Positions 24,178 to 39,175 of a stretch of DNA of 64,000 bases are shown piece by piece. The first letter of the stretch is position 1, and each line of letters starts with the position of its first letter. Made by a program: the position numbers and the translations under genes. The notes beneath the pieces are model-generated. The model worked only from the letters and a program-made list of their open reading frames with translations. It had not been told where the DNA came from and made no database searches. The stretch spans positions 124,697-188,696 of the forward strand of contig MNCI01002869.1 in assembly GCA_015680685.1 (NCBI GenBank), written 5' to 3'. The DNA is from Gnetum montanum (lineage: Eukaryota; Plantae; Gnetophyta).

Positions 24178-26004
24178 TGTGGTTTTGACATTATTTTATT
24201 TAGGTTAGAGCCTCAAAAACCACATAACAAGAACATCACAAGGTAGATTTTCAACTTCCACAAGTGTCTATAGATCATTTGGAGTCATAACCAAGCATAT
24301 GAACATTAGTTTTAGTGGTCTCAAAAACTATCTGTAGATGACGCTAATGTTAGCATCACCCTTAGAGCATCACCTCTATATCACCTTTACCAAACCAACA
24401 TCCAAGCCTAAGTTTCAACTCCATAGGATAAAAAAAAACTTGTCTACACCAAGCTACGTATGATAGACATTAATTTTCAACATTTTTAACAAGTTTCCCT
24501 AAATCATAATACACAAAAGTTTTCTAAGTTTGGATCATTGACACTAATGTTGCTATCATCAACATTAAAGTCAACATCACTAGCTTGGTTTTAGCCATAG
24601 AACTTGTTCCACATGTAAAAATTTACATTTTACACTTATTTTTAGTCTCATAGGCTCTTTAGTAACTAGTTGACATAATTCCCAAGGCGTTAAATGAAAA
24701 ATTTGAGAGGTTCATAGGTAGTTTGGAAGGTCAGTATTGGATTTAAGAATAAGTGTTACTAGATGACATAACTAGCATCAACATCATCCTAATAGCATTA
24801 GAACTAATCAGGGCCTCTAAGTTTGACATTTGACATCATTATCCAAGTTCATGAGATCCTTTGTGTCTCATAAGCATAGTCATGACACAATTCATAGCAT
24901 CATCATGAGATAGTTCAACATTAGTTTGGATGTTGAGGATAGTCTTTGGATATTAGTATGAAAACATGAAGGATATTAAAAAATTCTAACTCCATGGTAA
25001 TGTTAATGCTAGTGTTAGTATAAACATTAACATTAGCACTTTCATCACCTAGCTTTTTTCATTCCAAGTTTTCAAAAGAAGGCTCCAATCAACCACACTT
25101 AATTTTTAGGTCAAATTTGGAAATACTAGGCCTATAAATATCAAATCAAAACTAAAATTTGAGGATAATATCTTCAAATTAATAGAAAATTTTTGGATTT
25201 TGAGATATTAAGGGCATAACTGACTACCTTTCTAGCATCTCCCATGTGCTACACTGTCACAAATCATATTGATAGTTTGTGAGCTTAGTTCAATGCTTAA
25301 GTTCTTGATAGCTTAAGTGCTAATTCTGACACCAACATCAACATCACCTAGACAATTTTTGTATCATCTACTTCAAAGTTTGAAATTTTAGTTCTAGCAT
25401 TACTTATCAAATAGTTCATAAAAGCAAACCCATTTTAACTTTGAATTGACTCTAGACAACATCAACAACTTTAGCATTCATAACTACACTTACAAAAGAT
25501 TAAATTTCATCATTAAAACCCTTTTTTCTCATAAAATAAGTCCTTATTATCAATTTTATCTTCATATAAATTTCATCACCCCTTGTAGTTTTGGTCCTCC
25601 ATAGGAGGAAACCTACATTTTTTGTATCAATAAAGCATATTGATTATTAGGAAGGGAATACAAAAATCCTTTCACATGTATGAATTTTTTATTTATCATT
25701 TATATTTTATTCTAAGTTATTCTAAGCATATTTTTCATACTTAGTTTTTATCTACATCAGTTATATATTATCAATTCTACATTTAGATTTATTGTTTCTT
25801 ATTATTTGTCCTATCGTTCTCAGTTCGTGACTCTTAGGCTAAGGTCATATTCAATTGAAAGGTCATGCCCCTTCATGTTATAATCATTAACTTATTGAGG
25901 ATTATATTAATTAAAACAACCTTTATGATTGTGAGTTAAGTACTTGATATCGAATTCATGGAGGTGTTGTTTCCATGTTGTAGAAGAACAATTTTGAAGA
26001 AACA
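24178..26004 (+). repeat. Putative 5' LTR of element G
   Basis: Begins TGT where the copia coding sequence stops and ends GAAACA before the PBS-like TGGTGATTGAAGGAAGG (26009-26025). No second copy is available to confirm it. Confidence 0.5.
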
Positions 26005-28559
26005 TTTTTGGTGATTGAAGGAAGGCCAATAGGTTTTCTAGTGTCTTAAAATTTTTTCATAGTAGCCTAAAGTTCCTTTCTAGTAGTTAGATTCCTTCAT
26101 AATTTTATGATTTTGGTTAGTTTTATTTTCCCATTTGCACTAGGTCTTTATTTCTAAGTGTATGTACAAGACACTCATTGATACCATGTCTAACCAATGT
26201 TTTGACTCATAGAAATTCTATATTCCTAGATTGATGAAGATGTAAAAGACATATTTTCATAACACCCATGACTTAGCACTATTACAAGATCATGTGCATA
26301 ATGTGAGAACTAAACATAGCTTTTTTTGAAAGTGAGCTAAGAAGAATGGTAGCATATGAGATAATTAATTTCATGGAATCATTTCTTTCCAACTAGAACC
26401 ATCCCATTCATTTGGATCAATTTAAAAAAACTGCACTAGTAGAGCACCTAGACATCAAAGATGAAATTCAAGTAGTGACAAACACTAAGATTCAGCAAAG
26501 ATAAATTATGATGGATCATCTCATGAGACATCCCAACATCAACTTTAACAACAAAAATTATTAATTCCAAGACCAACATAATAAGCATGATGACATTAGC
26601 ATTCATGATGATGAGGATGAGAATCCTCATACTTTGTTAGCTATAAAAGTATTTTTTCAACACACCACACAATCATAGAGCCCAATTTTATAGTATGTTA
26701 ATGTCATCAAATCCACTAACCCTTTCTCTATGCATATGCCCTAAATTATTAACCCTATTGCACCCATGTCCAGCTATGATCATCCCACTAATAGTTACTT
26801 TGTTACTTTCATATAGCTTATTTCCCAACATAAATATTGTCAATCCAACATTCCAAGCACAAGTGTAGAATCCTAATATCTTATTGAATTCTTTCTAGCC
26901 CTTGTTCCATATGCTGCTAGTCTAAAGTTTAGGCAAGTGAGTGAGGGTGAAATGAGCAATGAAATACATGAGTTACCCACCTTTCTCATTGAGAATACAC
27001 CCTTATTACAACATGAAATATGGAATCAAGAAATACTAATTAACTAGTAGGAGGAGAATAGAATCTTTGACAGCATTCATTTTGCAAAATGAGTTAGCAA
27101 ATTATAGGTAGTGGCTTGGTTAAGGGCATTCAAAGGAGCTAGCTATAAACATATTTTTTGTTCTCAAAATCTAGATGATTTGAAGAGGGTGTATGCTCTA
27201 CTTAGTGTTGACTTAGATTAGGCACATCACACATTGATTGAACTAAACTTATCAAATAATGCGTAGCACCTTAGGTCACCATGCAGTAATAAGCAAAAGA
27301 ACCTAGCGAAAATAGACATGAACACCTTCCTCACTTGGTCCCTTACTTTGGTCCACTACCTAACCCATCTTTACCTTTCTCATTTATAGCTATGGCTAGG
27401 AAGAAAAGGGTACATGGGGGGAAGACTAACCCTAGAGCCAAAAGTTAGGGTAAAGAGCCTTAAGCGCTATGGTAATGGATGTTCTGGTATGATTCATAGA
27501 GGACTAAGTGGGGACTATGATTAAAATTGAATGGAAAATAGAACTTGGATTGAAAATTAATATCTATGTTTCTAGAAATTATGTTGATTAAATTTAAATG
27601 AAGATTAAATTGGATTGATATATGGTCAAGGGTTAGGATCAGGAATGTATGGGCCTAGGCCTAGGAAATCTGACTCATTGGAAAAGACATCTAGGAAAAA
27701 ATGATGAGATCTATGATAAAATGGATCATTTTTGGTTAGATGTAAGATGTGCTACCTAAGGTAGGCACTTCAGTCAAGCAGGATGCACGTTAATTGTTCC
27801 ATGTGATACATTCTTGGCTTGAGACATGTACTATTACCACACTATTATGTGGTGAGGGTGATATGATAGGGGCAATGAAATTTCTAATGGAGTGGTAACA
27901 TTATTTAGTGTGCATTTATTATACCCTTGGAATCTATGTTTACCTCCTTCGATGTTTGGTAAGCCTGTCTAAATGTAAGATGACTTTAGACTTAGAAATA
28001 TTATTACTCCTTTGGTTTTGAGTTTCCACATTGATTCCTTAGTATAGTTTTTACCCCCTTAGGTAGGGTAACTCTAGGATCATTCCCTGGCTAAATATCC
28101 TTTCCTATATCTAATTATATTCTCATATGAGAGGTATAGGAAAATGATATAGGGTTCCGAAGTGAGAAACCATTCTAGATTGATTTTATCGAAGGAACAT
28201 AAGAGTCTAAACTTGTGGTGGATGTGTGATCTTACTCTTCATCTAGTAGAGAACCCATAGATAACTTATGTTACATAAAATGAAGAATATCTATAAGTCT
28301 CAATTTCATTACTTTTGCCTTCCCAACATATGCATTTATAAAATGTTTCACAATTTATCTTCATGGCCATTGCTATGCTTCCTTGACCAACTTTGAATTT
28401 TTATAACCCCATTTTGTGTAATCCTACTATGTCATTAATTTTTGGAGTGCCTTTGGAATTTATTTTACTACTTTATGATCTATCACATAGGTTGTAAGTT
28501 AATGAGGATCAAACATGTAAGGCAATTGCACTACAAGGGGATAGTCTTACCATCTTCAT

Positions 28560-31500
28560 TGGTCATCTTCTTATTAACCCTATTAATCCATTAATCGCAC
28601 CTATCCATGTGTCTAAAGAGGTTTCCTTGTCAAATTTTACTAAGTATAATGAAGAGTCTAATACCAAAAACCATGTTATCACTTTTCTTAATGAATGCAA
28701 GTTATTAGCCTACTACACCCACACTATGTGATTGGGGTTCCATTGGTTTTGGACCATGGGATTTATCATATAAAACATAGTATGATCCAATCATAAGCTT
28801 AAAAGATGATGTTGAGTGGACTACTTAGACCACTCATATATATCATTGCATTCAAGAAATATAAAAGGGATTATAATACATATAATACAAATGAAAATCC
28901 ATTTTATCACAATGAGAGATAGAGAAAATATTCATAATTTTATGTTTTATAATTGTTATGGATTTTATAATTATAATGAATAAAATAACAATAAACACAC
29001 ATGCATTGTGATTCCTCTTAGGGATAGGTGCAATGCTTGTGTTGCAATTCCTCTTGGGAACAAGTACAACATCATACATGAAATGCAATAAAATTTCTCT
29101 TAGTTACAACCTCGATGGCCAAATATCATTTTGTATAGTTATGATGACTCAAATTAATAAAATGATAAGTAACTATTTTTAGTTTTTTAATGTTTAAGGC
29201 ATCAACAGTGGAATAAGGAAAAATCATAAGCTTTGTTTATAGCACAAACACTAGATTCCAAATTGACTAAATGGTTTTAGACTATGTAAGTAATGTAGCA
29301 CTCTTATAGAGTCTACTTGAACTTGTGAAAAGTGATGACTCAAAACACACAAGATAAAGAAGGAAGGAAATTAGCTTACCTAAGGGAGGAAGATCTCTTC
29401 TCACAAAACTACATGACAAAAGCCAAATGAAATCAAAGTTACAATTTAGATATGTAGAAAAGCTCAACGTAGGTATTTATAGTTTTTGCAACATAATGAC
29501 GAGGTTTTCTAATGTTAATATGTTAATAGAGGCTTGTTAGCACAACCTAGGCAACCCAAAAACATACTAAAGGTAACCTCGAAGCAAAGGGATCAAAGAA
29601 AACCTATTAAGAAGATGTGTCAACATCCATGTACTAACACATGGGGTGCATTGATGTAGGGTAGTCAATGCATTGCCTCCTAAAATACTTTGCTTACTAG
29701 TTTTAGGTAAAAGTTAGAACACCAAGGAACATTTTAGAATATTTATAAGATTTTTAAATAAATTTAGAAATATTTTAGAAAGCCCAAAACATGCATCAAA
29801 CTTGGAAGTATGAAATGAAATTCCAGGATTCAAACTTGGGAGGAAGAAACTTTAATCATATTTATGAAAAATACAAATAGAGGGTGTCAAATACTTCTTG
29901 ATTCTAGGGCTTTCAATTGACTTAAAAAATACCACTAGGTGACTTGTTACTATTCTTAGAATCTTTTCCAACTATTTAATTGGAAAATCACTTAAATGGT
30001 ATAGAATTATCCCTCATGGATCCATTACCTCCTTGAAGAAACTCTTCATATCCTTTGTAGAAAGTTTCAAATACAATATTAACAATAGTGGAATATTGTA
30101 GAAGCTTATGGAAATTAAGTAGACTCTAATTGAATCCATGTCTAAGTTCATCTCCCATGGGACTTTAGTTACAATGGATCTCATTCATCAATTTCATAAT
30201 GATTAGTTATTATACACTTTTAGGAGAGTAGTCATTGACTATATTAGAGGCAAGTTAGTCTATGCTGGATCACTCAGTTGCCACGATGCTATTACTTTTG
30301 TCAAGAACATTAAGGAGGTGAACATTCAATGCAATGGCCTAGAATGTATTAACTTTGGTAATAAGAAGAATAAGATAATATGAAAAGAGAAATCCTCTAA
30401 TAATGTAGGATAAATGGTAGTGTTGATGAATCGATGCTTACTAGGTTTATACTTAAACAATGAAAATTCAAATAGTAAGTCCAATGGTACTAGAAAAAAC
30501 TTATCTAATGAAGGATAAAGAAGATCACCCAAGAATACGTTCATAAGTTTTTGATGACTTACACATAACTTTAAAACATGTTACTAAATAAGGGACACAT
30601 TATTCTAGTACAAGTTTAGAATAAATGAGGGCTCAATTTAAAAGGCTTTAAAGTTTAACCATTGATCCTTCCAACACATCGAAGGAAACCCACATAGTCC
30701 AAAGTGATATAATCCTAATAAGTGTTGTTATTATCATGAAGCTGCATGACATGATAATGATGACTACAACACACTTAAAGATGATGTCCAAAAGTTGGTG
30801 AAAAAGGAAAAAATAATTTTCAACATGCTAGTGTAGCCAATAAATCAGAATATGAAGGTTTTCTAAGATCCATTGACTATTCATTTAAGAAGAATATTTT
30901 CTTTTTTGTGTGAAGCTCAAAGGTAACAGACACAAAACTTCTTTTGTTATTCAAATGAGATCATCTTGATATGATTCCACTTCATCCACTTATGTTAACC
31001 CATCAAGTACCAAAAATCCCTTTGTGATTAACCTCCTTTTGAATGATTATAATGCATCCACTTCCCAAAATATGCATAGAGCTCCATTGGCCATGGACAT
31101 GATGCATTACTATGATGAAGCTTCCACATGCTTAAATCCTACTTTCAATTACCCTTGTATTCTCTAAGGAACATATTACCTTTGTATACATCATCCTATC
31201 ATGTTGGTTACCCTTTTATTTTACCCTATGCTATACCTCCTTCATCTCGTTCCTTCTTCACCCCTATGTCATAGGAGCCTTTCCTACTTTCCACTTCTAT
31301 GGCACCCATTAGGATCCTTGCATAGGCTCAAAAGGATGTAATGGAAAACAAAAAAGGGAAAAAAGAGAAATAGGTAAATAAGTAGCTTGTACAAAACAAA
31401 AATAAAGTCTCATTCTATGGCACATTAAACATAACTTCTCTTGCTCTTGCTACTACACCAACTATTCCAATATCAAAAATTGTTTCTTTTGCACCAATTT

Positions 31501-32405
31501 CCAAGGATGTAAATATTAGAGATATCCTTACCTCAAATCAAAGCTATGATGAAATTGAAGGAAATAAACCTTTCTATCTTTGATTTCATCTCAACTTCCA
31601 AGGATCATCATCTAGCATTAGAGGAGCTTTTCAAATCCATCATAACACCTATAGATATTTAGCCTCATGTACATGCCATTTCATTGGTACTCAATGTCTA
31701 AAGGTATAAGGTTGAGTATTTGGTATTCAAGAGAAAAAACATCATGACACATCTTGAAATGGATTTCATGTGTCAACTTCTTATCTACATCATGGTACAA
31801 ATTTGGGATAAAATGGTACTAATTTTGTTGCACTTGAATGATGGAGCTAGGAACAAGATCATTTTATGGGTTATCATTGAATTTCTTAGCCTTAAAAAAT
31901 AGGTTGTATACTCTAACTATAATTCCTCTCTCATTTCATTTAGTGATGCTAGAGTAGAAATCCTAAGAGTAATTACATTACCTTTCTCGATATGAATTTT
32001 ATCACATCAAAGGTAGTCTTTGCAGCTATTAGAGATTTGTCAAGTATAAACGTTATTCTTGGTAGACCTTGATTAGCTTATCATCATACTATTTTTTCCT
32101 CCATACATTAAGAAATTTAGTTTCCATGTAAATATAGGGAATTAGTTATTTGTATAGGCCTCAAAGTTCTTACTCTTTTCCATCTGAATATCATATAAGA
32201 AACTAGCCTAGGATCCCAACCTACACTAATAGGAAAAACTTCAATGAAATAAGAAGTCAATAAGTTTGAAACTACTATTCCATGGTCATCTAGCACATAT
32301 AAGTTCGTAGATCTAGGATTTAGTAAACTAGAGATAGTTGAATTAGTCAAAATTATAATGGGTCCTACTAGATCACACACTAGGAAGATCATTGCTAAGA
32401 CATAG
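28560..32405 (+). pseudogene. gag: Degenerate gag-protease of element G, interrupted by a solo LTR
   Basis: FTKYNEESNTKNHVITFLNECK...LRIFSNYLIGKSLKWYRIIPHGSITSL; knuckle CCYYHEAA*HDNDDYNTLKDDVQKLV (~30720-30800); protease tail INVILGRP*LAYHHTIFSSIH*EI*FP (~32045-32126). Confidence 0.75.
28729..29949 (-). repeat. Probable solo LTR inserted in the gag of element G
   Basis: A ~1.2-kb non-coding block splits a continuous gag peptide. It starts TG, has imperfect TSD CTATG/CTATT, and a reverse-strand CTATAAATA near 29474. Confidence 0.55.
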
Positions 32406-32889
32406 TTGTCATACCACTTGAATCTCCCTTTCCTTTCATTAGTTTATTTATGGTTTACTTAGCATTTGCACACATTTTCTATTCTTAGCTAGTTTTAAAA
32501 ATTAAAATTTCATTTCCTTAACATATTCTTTTGCAATGTCTACTACTTTTCTAGCATACTTTTCCTTATGCTTATCACCATTATTTAGTTTTTTCTTTAT
32601 TTACATTTAAACTGTTTATTTTAATCACTATTCACTTCATCTCATATTAGAAAAAATTGAAAAACATAAACATCCAAAAAAATTAAATCCCATAAACATA
32701 GATAACTAGAAAACTATAAAAGAATAAATAAAAAAATACACTACTTCATAAATAATAGTAGATCTATATCATAGGAAATGTTCATAAAGTGTCCATAAAA
32801 AAAACACATAGCATTCATCCAAAACTACAAAATTAAAAAATAAATCTCATCTTTAAAAGCTCATCCAAACATCTACCATCCATCAATGC

Positions 32890-33407
32890 TAACCACTTGT
32901 GCCCTAGTCATCAATGGAGAAAACCTTCTCCACCACATTCACATCATCTTCATTTTTCTTCTTGCTACCCTAAGCATCCAAGCACATCCATGTCTTCCTA
33001 AAGTAAATAAAAATGAAAAAATATATATCATCTAGTCCATGATCTATATGAAAATTATTTAGTCTTTGGTAGAATGTGGGATTTCATAACATCCTTCATA
33101 AAAATCATCCTCTCATAATACTTAGGACCTTAGAAACTTACCTGCCCCTTCCTCCAAATCAAAATCTAGCTGCTCAAAGAATTCATTCATCAATACATCA
33201 TCTTCTATCCTATTACTCCTTCCAATGCTACTTCTTTCTCTATTACTTTAGATTTCTCTTAGGTTCTTTGCTATTCTTCTTCTTGTGCTTTTCTCTCTAT
33301 CTCTTTCCTAGCTTTCCTTTCTTCCTTCTCTTTCCTCTTCTTCTTCTTCTTCTTCTCTACATTAGATAAAGGCTCTTAGTTGGCTTTCTTCTTGGCCTTT
33401 ACTACAA
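32890..33407 (-). pseudogene. Charged/acidic 3' exons of the antisense gene of element G
   Basis: AG acceptors at 33409-33408 and ~32999. Reads VEKKKKKRKEKEERKARKEIERKAQEEE...DVLMNEFFEQLDFDLEEG and EDMDVL...NEDDVNVVEK. Confidence 0.55.
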
Positions 33408-33493
33408 CTATAAATCATCAATACAAATAATAAAGGTCAAGGATTATAAACATTAAAAACTAAAAATATAAAAATATAATAAAAAACTAGAGT

Positions 33494-33887
33494 TAATAAT
33501 AATAATAATAATCATAATCCTAGCCTTGTCCAAACAAAATGGGGTTACCTACATGAGTTCCTTTTCATCATTTGTCTCTATGAAGAGGTATATTCTTTGT
33601 TTATTTATAGTTTCTTAAAATCATCTTCAATCATTTCTTCCATGTCTTCTTTGTTCTTCCTTTTGATGTCTTTTCTGGAAGAGTGATGTAGCAATCTTTG
33701 TTTATAGGCTCATTGTTTGATCTTCATTGCACACATCCAAATCATCTAACCCTTTATTTTTATATCTTATTTGAAACAGAAGTCACTCCAAGTATTGCTC
33801 TGATGTATGTATTATGTATTTTAACTCTTCTAGTAACATTCAACATGCATTAAATCATTCACATTTTTGTCATGCTAATTTGTTCTT
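33494..33887 (-). mobile_element. RTE-clade LINE, 3' end with (ATT)n tail
   Basis: Decayed MRMLRW...IRxxLGV...RLRWFGxV...GRxKKTW C-terminus and a (TAA)n microsatellite at 33494-33518; continues at 55275. Confidence 0.85.
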
Positions 33888-34820
33888 TGATGAGCTAGCC
33901 AAAGTTTGGTGCTGAATTATCTTAACAATTATTTCCATTGTAAACTTGTCATCTCATCTATGAGTAACTCATGAGTCATATCTGTGGAGGAACAGTTTCA
34001 AAGTTAAAAATATCATTAAGAAAATAAATAATTAGATCCAAATTCAAATAACAACTCTACGCTTATGAATGTTACTCATAAGTAAAATAAAAAAGCCCTC
34101 ATCCTAACTTCTAATATTAAGTTGAAAGATGAAAATAATTGATTAAAAAAAACTGAAAAATATATAAATTTATCATAAATATTAGAATATTACAAAGGAG
34201 ACATCACCTAATCGATGACCTTGATCTACTACCTTTACAATGCAGCAACTTCATAGCCTTAATAATATCAATGGTTGTTGATTGTCACAAGGTGTTAATA
34301 ATCTTCCTTAATAATTATTAGTACATATAAGGAAAAATTTAATTTGGTGTGGGTTCTTTCTTGAATTTGGCATCCCCCTCACTCATATATGATCTTCTTA
34401 TTTATACATAAGAGAATTTACAATAATTAGAAAGAATAAGCATTTGGAAATCAATTGGTATCGAAGAATTCGATAGTAATCCATTTCATGATTGTCGAAT
34501 TACAACATGATTTCAGGGATCTTTGATACTTGATTTATATTGCACAGTGACTAAAATTAATATCGTGATTTATTTGCAACATATTTCTTCTCTAGAAATC
34601 TATGTTATCAACTTGTATCATTGCTGCTATAAGGATCGATACAATTGATGTTAATTTCTACCACTATTGCAATTTCCTACGATACATAGAACTAAATAAG
34701 AAAATTAATACTTATCGAATTCTACTATTAAAATTGTTTATCTTTAGTATAATAAAATAATAAAAAGAATATAAATACAAATTTATAAGGTTAAAAACTG
34801 GAATGTTGAGGGGTTTAACA
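33888..34820 (-). repeat. 3' LTR of element E
   Basis: Direct repeat of 54368-55274 with TG...CA ends; a PPT-like tract lies at 34821-34837. Confidence 0.9.
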
Positions 34821-35149
34821 TAGCCTCCAATTAGCTTTTGGCTAGTGCCTATCCATAAAGGTGAAAAACAAATCACTAATAAAAACCATTACCATGCATA
34901 ATATATGCATATCTACCTAAGGTAGCTATGAAATAAATTAAAAATACTATTATGATGTTGATTCTATATTCATGTTTCACCATTCTGCAATTAAAAATTT
35001 ATCTAAGCGCATTATATTTGATTCATGTATAAACATATAAGCAAAAAAAAAGATCATTAGCGTTAATAGTCATTCCACCACATTTTTAATAAGAAACAAA
35101 ATTTAAAATTTTACATAGTCATAAAAATGGCCTTACAACCATGAATCAA

Positions 35150-36550
35150 CAAAAAGTGAATTAAATTGGAGGCATATATCAAGCCTCTAAGCATACTTTC
35201 ATCTCCATCTCCTGTTTAAAATGAGAGGGCTCCACCCCTTCATCATCATCTTGGATTTGAGGATGAACATGTTTTTGAATGTCTTCCATCCTCTTGTCCA
35301 TGGTGATGAGGGTTGATTTAATCCTCTCCAACACTATTAAGATTTCCCTTTATATGGATTGAAGCTCCTAGAGCTAGCTCTAAATCTCATCTCTAAACCA
35401 TTAGATTTCATTGGCCTCTAGTACTAATGATAAGCTTGGTTCCTTTAATTTTCTTGATGAATAGACCAACCTTTGTATAAATTTTTAGTGAATGGTAAAA
35501 GGTGTCTTTTTTTAGATCAAAAGATGCATGTTTGTTCTCATATGAAGCTTTGAAATCCCACACTTCTAAAAAGTTGTTGAAATCAAGAAAGGAAAGAACA
35601 ACTTCAAGGAATCATCATTGTAATGGTAGACTAAATACTTGATTGGGAGGTAAGAAAAATTTTCTTCCTCCCTACACCTCAATGTTTTCATAACACAGAG
35701 TATAGGGTTGAGCACATAAGTAGTGTGCATTGAAGGTAGGACATCTGTGATAATCATCCTAGCTATCACATGATGTTCAGGCCGAAGCTTCATAGAATGA
35801 AAACCTTGTGCTTGCAACTATCTTGAATTGGAATAATCAATAAACTAGTGGAATTTATCTTGCATATTTTTCTTTAGGAGAAAGATATTATTTTCCTTGG
35901 TTGTTAGCCCAAATCAATCCTATAGCTTGGTCACTGTCACCTTGACTCTTGGCTTTTAAATGGAAAAAACTAAATACTATTTTGATAGATCAGGCTTGGT
36001 GAGGTGTGGTTTAAGATTCCTATAAAATTCCAAGACCTCCTCTTAGATAAACTAGTAAATGAGGGGTCTAATGAAAGCCCTTCAACCCATTGTTTTCAAC
36101 TGCTATTACACCACTGTGTCCATGTGGTTGAATCACTCAAAGCAGTTGGCCTCATAGTGCTAAGGAGAAATTTTTAAGCATTTTCTCCTTGACACCTATA
36201 ACATAAAAAAAATATTTAGCATACCAAAATTATTAGTGATTTCCTTCATAAAGGCCATGCTTACCTTGGCCTACTACTTGATGCTTGATGATTCAACTAT
36301 TTTATAATGGAGAATTGCACAGTAATAAGAAAAAGTAACATTTCATTCTTGATTTGGAAAATCCATTATGATGGGCAATTTTTCTTACCCTCCTAAAAGA
36401 ATAGTTGGGGTTAAAATATGGATGTTGACATGGGTGTGGAGACCCCACTCCTTATCGTGGTTCCTCCTATAAAGGTGCTATGGATTTAGTAGAAGAAAAT
36501 GGAGGCCCTAATTTGTAGATGGTGGTCGTAATATGGGATGCCTCATGAGG
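35150..36550 (-). pseudogene. Athila-type 3' extra ORF of element E (plant transposon accessory / env-like position)
   Basis: ORF piece 35566-35817 (LRPEHHVIARMIITDVLP...FFPFLIS) lies in sense orientation between integrase and the 3' LTR; limits are approximate. Confidence 0.55.
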
Positions 36551-38849
36551 GTTTTCCAACAATGTTTATCTATCCTATGAGGAGGTGGCTTTATAGTAAA
36601 GATGTTTCCTTACTATTACATTTTTTTTCCTAATTTTAACTATATTGATATTGATTGTGTCCTCGATGTGGATCGTAATAATTTGGGTCAAATTTCATAG
36701 ATCCATTAATATAAATCAATATAAAAAATAATCAAGCCTCTAATATATTGATTTATATTGCAATCATGTTGATAATACTTGAGACATTCGAAAAATTTTC
36801 AAACATATTAATTAGGATCAATTTGGCAGCATGAATCAATACGTTTAACAAACATATCAAATTACATTAAAGTTATGATATTTAGATGTAAAATATTTTT
36901 TCAAATTTGATCATCCTTGATTCATATCAATTAGGTATATATGAATCAATATATCTATTATGTTCTATCAACTTAAGTCAATTAAATTAATATTTAGATT
37001 GATAACCTGAGTTCTATCTTTCACTTTATTGAACCATATCATGGAAAGCTATATACATCAATTTGTCTTTTGATGAGACATCGATCCCTTGGCATCTCTT
37101 ATTATGACCAAATTCAACATCTTTAAGTTTCTATTTCTAACTTCTATAGATGTTGATACCATGACATCCTTTGATAGAATAACGTATTGTAATTGCTCCT
37201 CATTGTGAAATGTGATACTAATTGATATTAGCATAATAATTTTATTCACTTAATAATGTACATGATTTTATTTCTTGTTTTACTTCTTGTAATAAATTCG
37301 TATTATTTGGGTAGTTGTCCATATATAACTATATTAGAAAGGCCCTTCCTAGAATTGATTGGGCTAAAACATCACCTCATAAGGTTTTCTTCATTCGGTA
37401 CAAGAATGTCCTACAAACTCAAGGTCTTAACCTTTCCTATGTTCTAAGGATTTGACATGCATTTCTTGCATCAAATTCATTTCTTAACTTACTCTCGGAG
37501 TAGCTTCCATTTGGTTATACCCTACTTGCGTATTCGTTTGAAGTTGGTTATCCCCCCCATAATTAAACTAGGATATGTATGATACCTAGGTTAATTAGTA
37601 GTAATATAAGAAATAATGGAAATGTGGGCTAGTCAAATGGATATACTAGAAAAGAAAAAAATTGCTATGGGTTTTAAATATTCTCTATTATGTATAGTGT
37701 ATTAATAGCCTTAGGTTGTACAAATGTTAGTATCTAGAATGGTCCACCATAGTAGGGATCTCAACCACTGACACCTATGGAGGGCATAATGGAAAAAACA
37801 TGTTAGATCCTTACATGAAAAGTACTACTAGACATAAGAGATGATAGATTAGAAAGAAAAAGAAAAAAGAAAAAATATATATGGGAGATAAATAGAAAGA
37901 GAGAAGAAAAAATAGGAATACATAATACTCTTTAATGTCAAAAGTAACCTGAAGCAAAGGACAAAATAAACCAAGTAATGGAAATGAGAAAAAATAAAGG
38001 GAAGTAATAAAATATCTAATAAGATAAGTCAAGTTTCCAAGTCTAGTGTCATACCCTAGGTAAAAGGTGATAGCTAAGAAAATGAATATGGAAAATAATT
38101 TCTCCATATTTAAACACTCTACTTATGGAAGAAGGTTCTTGAGGGATGTCGATAAGTGTGAGCCATCAGTATCACTTCAACCATAAGGCTCTTGTGGGAG
38201 TGTGGCCCTATTCATGATTGAAGGTTTTTATAGGACCTTGTGGTGTATAGTATTGATTTTTTTTTTGTTTTTAACATTTTGGCCCTCCTCAATCATGAGG
38301 TTCTTGTGGGAGCAAAAATTCTCTTTAAACATATGTGATGGTGGCTCACTTGACTACAATGACATTTCTCATGCTAAAAGCATCCTTCTCTAGTCCCAAT
38401 ATGACACACACTTTTCTCCATATTGACTTATCAAGAAGGTAATTACTATGATATTTCATAAATGCTCATAAACCAAACATGATTATTATTCCAATTATGA
38501 TGAAACATAGAAAATTAAAGAATATTAGAATGAAGAAAAATAAAAAATGTAATTAACATAATTTATTAGTTTAGTAATCTAAGGCTCACCCTTAGATGGA
38601 TTTTAGGTTTAAACTAACCTATCTCAAGGTAGGGGGATTTGTCCTTCTCCCTTGCATTTTAGACATGATGCTAATGAATTCTTTTAAGTTATAACTAAAA
38701 ATAGAATTTACTATTTTCCTCTAAATTTTTCAAGGTAAATGTTCTAGTCTAAAATATTATATTACAATATCATGTAGGTCTCTTATTGAAGGTTACTACC
38801 CATGGCTTGAACTTCTAATTGACTTATTTTGTTTTCTTCATTATCCTTG

Positions 38850-39175
38850 GGATTAGTTGGTTCACTTAGCTATACTAGTTCATCCTCTCCTATTTCCTCA
38901 ATATGATATTGATGATATAATTTAATTCATTGTCCATTAACTGAAAATGTAGATGATAAATCATCAATTGGTGAAATTAAGACACTTACATTAGGATTAG
39001 GTTATAATACTAGATAAGTGTCTTCCCATTGAGTTATTAGCTTACCTGGAAATTTGTGTAATCTCTTATCATACAAAATAAATTTATTAGCTATTGAAAA
39101 ATGTTTCTTAAAAATATTTTTATTGTGTAGAATTTCTATTTTCTTTTTTATAATGTTTTTCTTGTCAAGGGCATT
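38850..39175 (-). pseudogene. pol: Integrase C-terminus of element E (left of the D insertion)
   Basis: ILYDKRLHKFPGKLITQWEDTY; joins ELDEIRLN at 48854 once D is removed. Confidence 0.8.

Larger units (their letters stand above)
24178..33493 (+). mobile_element. Element G (left part): old Tat-like element with LTR, gag, protease and a convergent antisense gene; continues at 57096-~58740
   Basis: Putative LTR with a Tat-type PBS, Tat/Ogre-type gag knuckle and protease; no RT follows. Confidence 0.65.

Noticed and set aside
33076-33369. Hydrophobic membrane-protein-like ORFs (also 37811-38107 and 46129-46368)
   Set aside because: These come from T/C-rich low-complexity strands or the antisense of K/E-rich exons.
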